Shown here piece by piece: positions 62,170 through 64,000 of a stretch of DNA of 64,000 nt; positions within the stretch are counted from its first letter, which is position 1, and each line of letters begins with the position of its first letter. Source of the stretch: Mobula hypostoma (lineage: Eukaryota); NCBI RefSeq assembly GCF_963921235.1, contig NC_086097.1:233990001-234054000 (forward strand), written 5' to 3'. Below the pieces are notes generated by a model. The model was not told where the DNA came from. It saw only the letters and a list, made by a program, of their open reading frames with translations, and did not search any database. Made by a program: the position numbers and the translations under genes.

Positions 62170-63097
62170 TGGAGTCATAGAACACTACAGCACAGAAACA
62201 GGTCCTTCAGCCCATCTATTCCATGCCAAACTATTATTCTGCCTAGTTTCATCAATGTACAATCAAACCATAGCCATCCGTGTACCTACCCGATTTTCTC
62301 TTAAATGTTAAAATTGAACTTGCATCCACCACTTGTGTTGGCTGACAGTTTGTTTGACATTCTCACTATGGTCTGCGTGATGTTCCCTCTCATGTTTCTC
62401 TTAAACATTTCACTTTTTGCCCTCAACCCATGATCTCTATTTCTAGTCTCTCCCAACCTCAGTGGGAAAAGCCTGTTTGCATTTACTCTGTCTATACACC
62501 TCATAATTTTATATTATCATCATCATCATTACGTGCGTGTCGTATAATGTATGCGGTCATGATCTCATGATCATGACTATTCCAGGCAAATTTTTCTGCA
62601 GAATTGGTTTGCCATTGCCTTCTTCTGGGCAGTGTCTTTACAAGGCAGGTGACACCAGCCATTATTAGTACTCTTCGGAGATTGTCTGCCTGGCATCAAT
62701 GGTTACATAACCAGGACTTGTGATATGCACCAGCTGTTCAAGCGACCATCTACCACCTATCTTATGACTTCATGTGACCCTCATCGGGAAGCTAATCAGG
62801 TGCTACACCTTGTCCAAGTGTGACCTGCAGGCTAGCTCCTTTGGTAAAATTGTATCTCCACCCACCACCCATATAATTTTATACACCTCTATCAAATCTT
62901 CGCTCACTCTCCCACACTCTAGGAAGTAAAGTCCTAACCTATTCAGCCGCTCACTATAACTCGGGTTCTCAAGCAACATGCTTGTTAATTTCCTCTGAAT
63001 TCTTTCAAAACTTATTGATATCTTTCCTGTAGGTAGCCAGAACTGCACACAATACTCCAAATTAGGTCTCACCATCGTCATATACAACTTCAGCATT
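62170..63097 (-). mobile_element. CR1 3' fragment split by a SINE
   Basis: ORFs 62803 and 62301. Confidence 0.85.
62514..62872 (-). mobile_element. Copy of the 47208 SINE-like family
   Basis: 11-bp TSD ataattttata at 62503-62513 and 62873-62883; (cat)n tail. Confidence 0.82.
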
Positions 63098-64000
63098 TGT
63101 CTTTGTTTCTTATAATAATACGATTGTCCACATATCTAGGAGCATTTCAGGTTATTCACTGTGTCTTATAGATTTTTTGTATAAAACAACTTATTGCAGT
63201 ATCTTTTTTTTCCTTCCGGTCAGCATGTGAAATTTTTCAAGGTGACACACGTTTATATTCATCCACTAGGAGCTAAAGAAAAATGTGTTTGTGCAAAACT
63301 CCTCTCTCCACCTTAATGCATTGCAAATACTGTGTACAAGCATTGTGACACTTGTGCCCAATCACTCTTTTGAAAGTAATTATGTGGGATTGTAATATGC
63401 ATGTATTTGCTGCATTGTCCCTGCCTGCCAACCTCCACCATCTGTCCATCACTGTTGCTTTTTCAGAAGACACCGGTAATAGCATGCAGTGTTGTCATGT
63501 AGTACAGGATACACCATAGAACTACGTTCCTCCTAGTGTGGTAGACATCTGTCATCTGTGAAACTTAAGCATGAATTCTCTGACTCTTGAAGACTTCTTG
63601 AAACTGGGTTTGTGCATTATTGATTAACTAAATATATTGTTATCTTTTAACCAGAGACAATTAAACCACAGACATTGATCAATTGACTGATCATTTACAC
63701 AGCAATCAATCACCTGTAAATCTTCCACCAGTAAATTCAAAACTGGTAAAGTGAAAGAAATGATGAGCAACACGAGATTAGTTATGGATAGGAGCATTCA
63801 TGACAAAATGGAGTCTTTATTTACTTTTCTGGACATAGGAATAGCCAACAGGAATAGCTTATTAATACTTATTGTCTCTCGTTAATTGGTGGTGAGTTAA
63901 TTATCTTTCCAAAATTGTGCAAAGATATTCCCTTTGTTCTATCCATCATTCCCTCCACTCTTTCTGTAAATTAAAACTAACTTGTTCCACACTTTCCAAG

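Noticed and set aside
1..64000. Minus-strand excess of CR1 copies as evidence of host gene orientation
   Set aside because: The excess is modest, the counts are small, and Rex1 copies lean the other way.

Overview
Eukaryotic, AT-rich, non-genic DNA (intron or intergenic) that is almost entirely a mosaic of retroelements. The repeat families suggest a cartilaginous fish, probably a ray; this is an inference. No host exon, rRNA, true tRNA or CRISPR array could be supported. Contents: (i) more than 20 5'-truncated CR1 LINE copies, one nearly intact; (ii) Rex1/Babar, L2 and two L1-clade LINE remnants; (iii) Penelope-like (PLE) copies and mini-derivatives, with about 10 minimal hammerhead ribozyme motifs, two of them with an intact core; (iv) RTE-related non-autonomous elements and several SINE families; (v) a PIF/Harbinger MITE, a fold-back mariner MITE, a possible solo LTR and a 33-34 bp minisatellite. 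Highlights: a 266-bp CpG-rich non-repeat insert encoding an 81-aa orphan ORF inside a CR1 (candidate endogenous viral element or captured RNA); 130-220 bp hammerhead-carrying PLE mini-elements with 12-15 bp TSDs; an L1 flanked by a 140-bp direct duplication; and a 754-codon ORF that is a PLE/CR1 nesting chimera. Boundaries of old repeats are approximate. TSD coordinates were read directly from the sequence.
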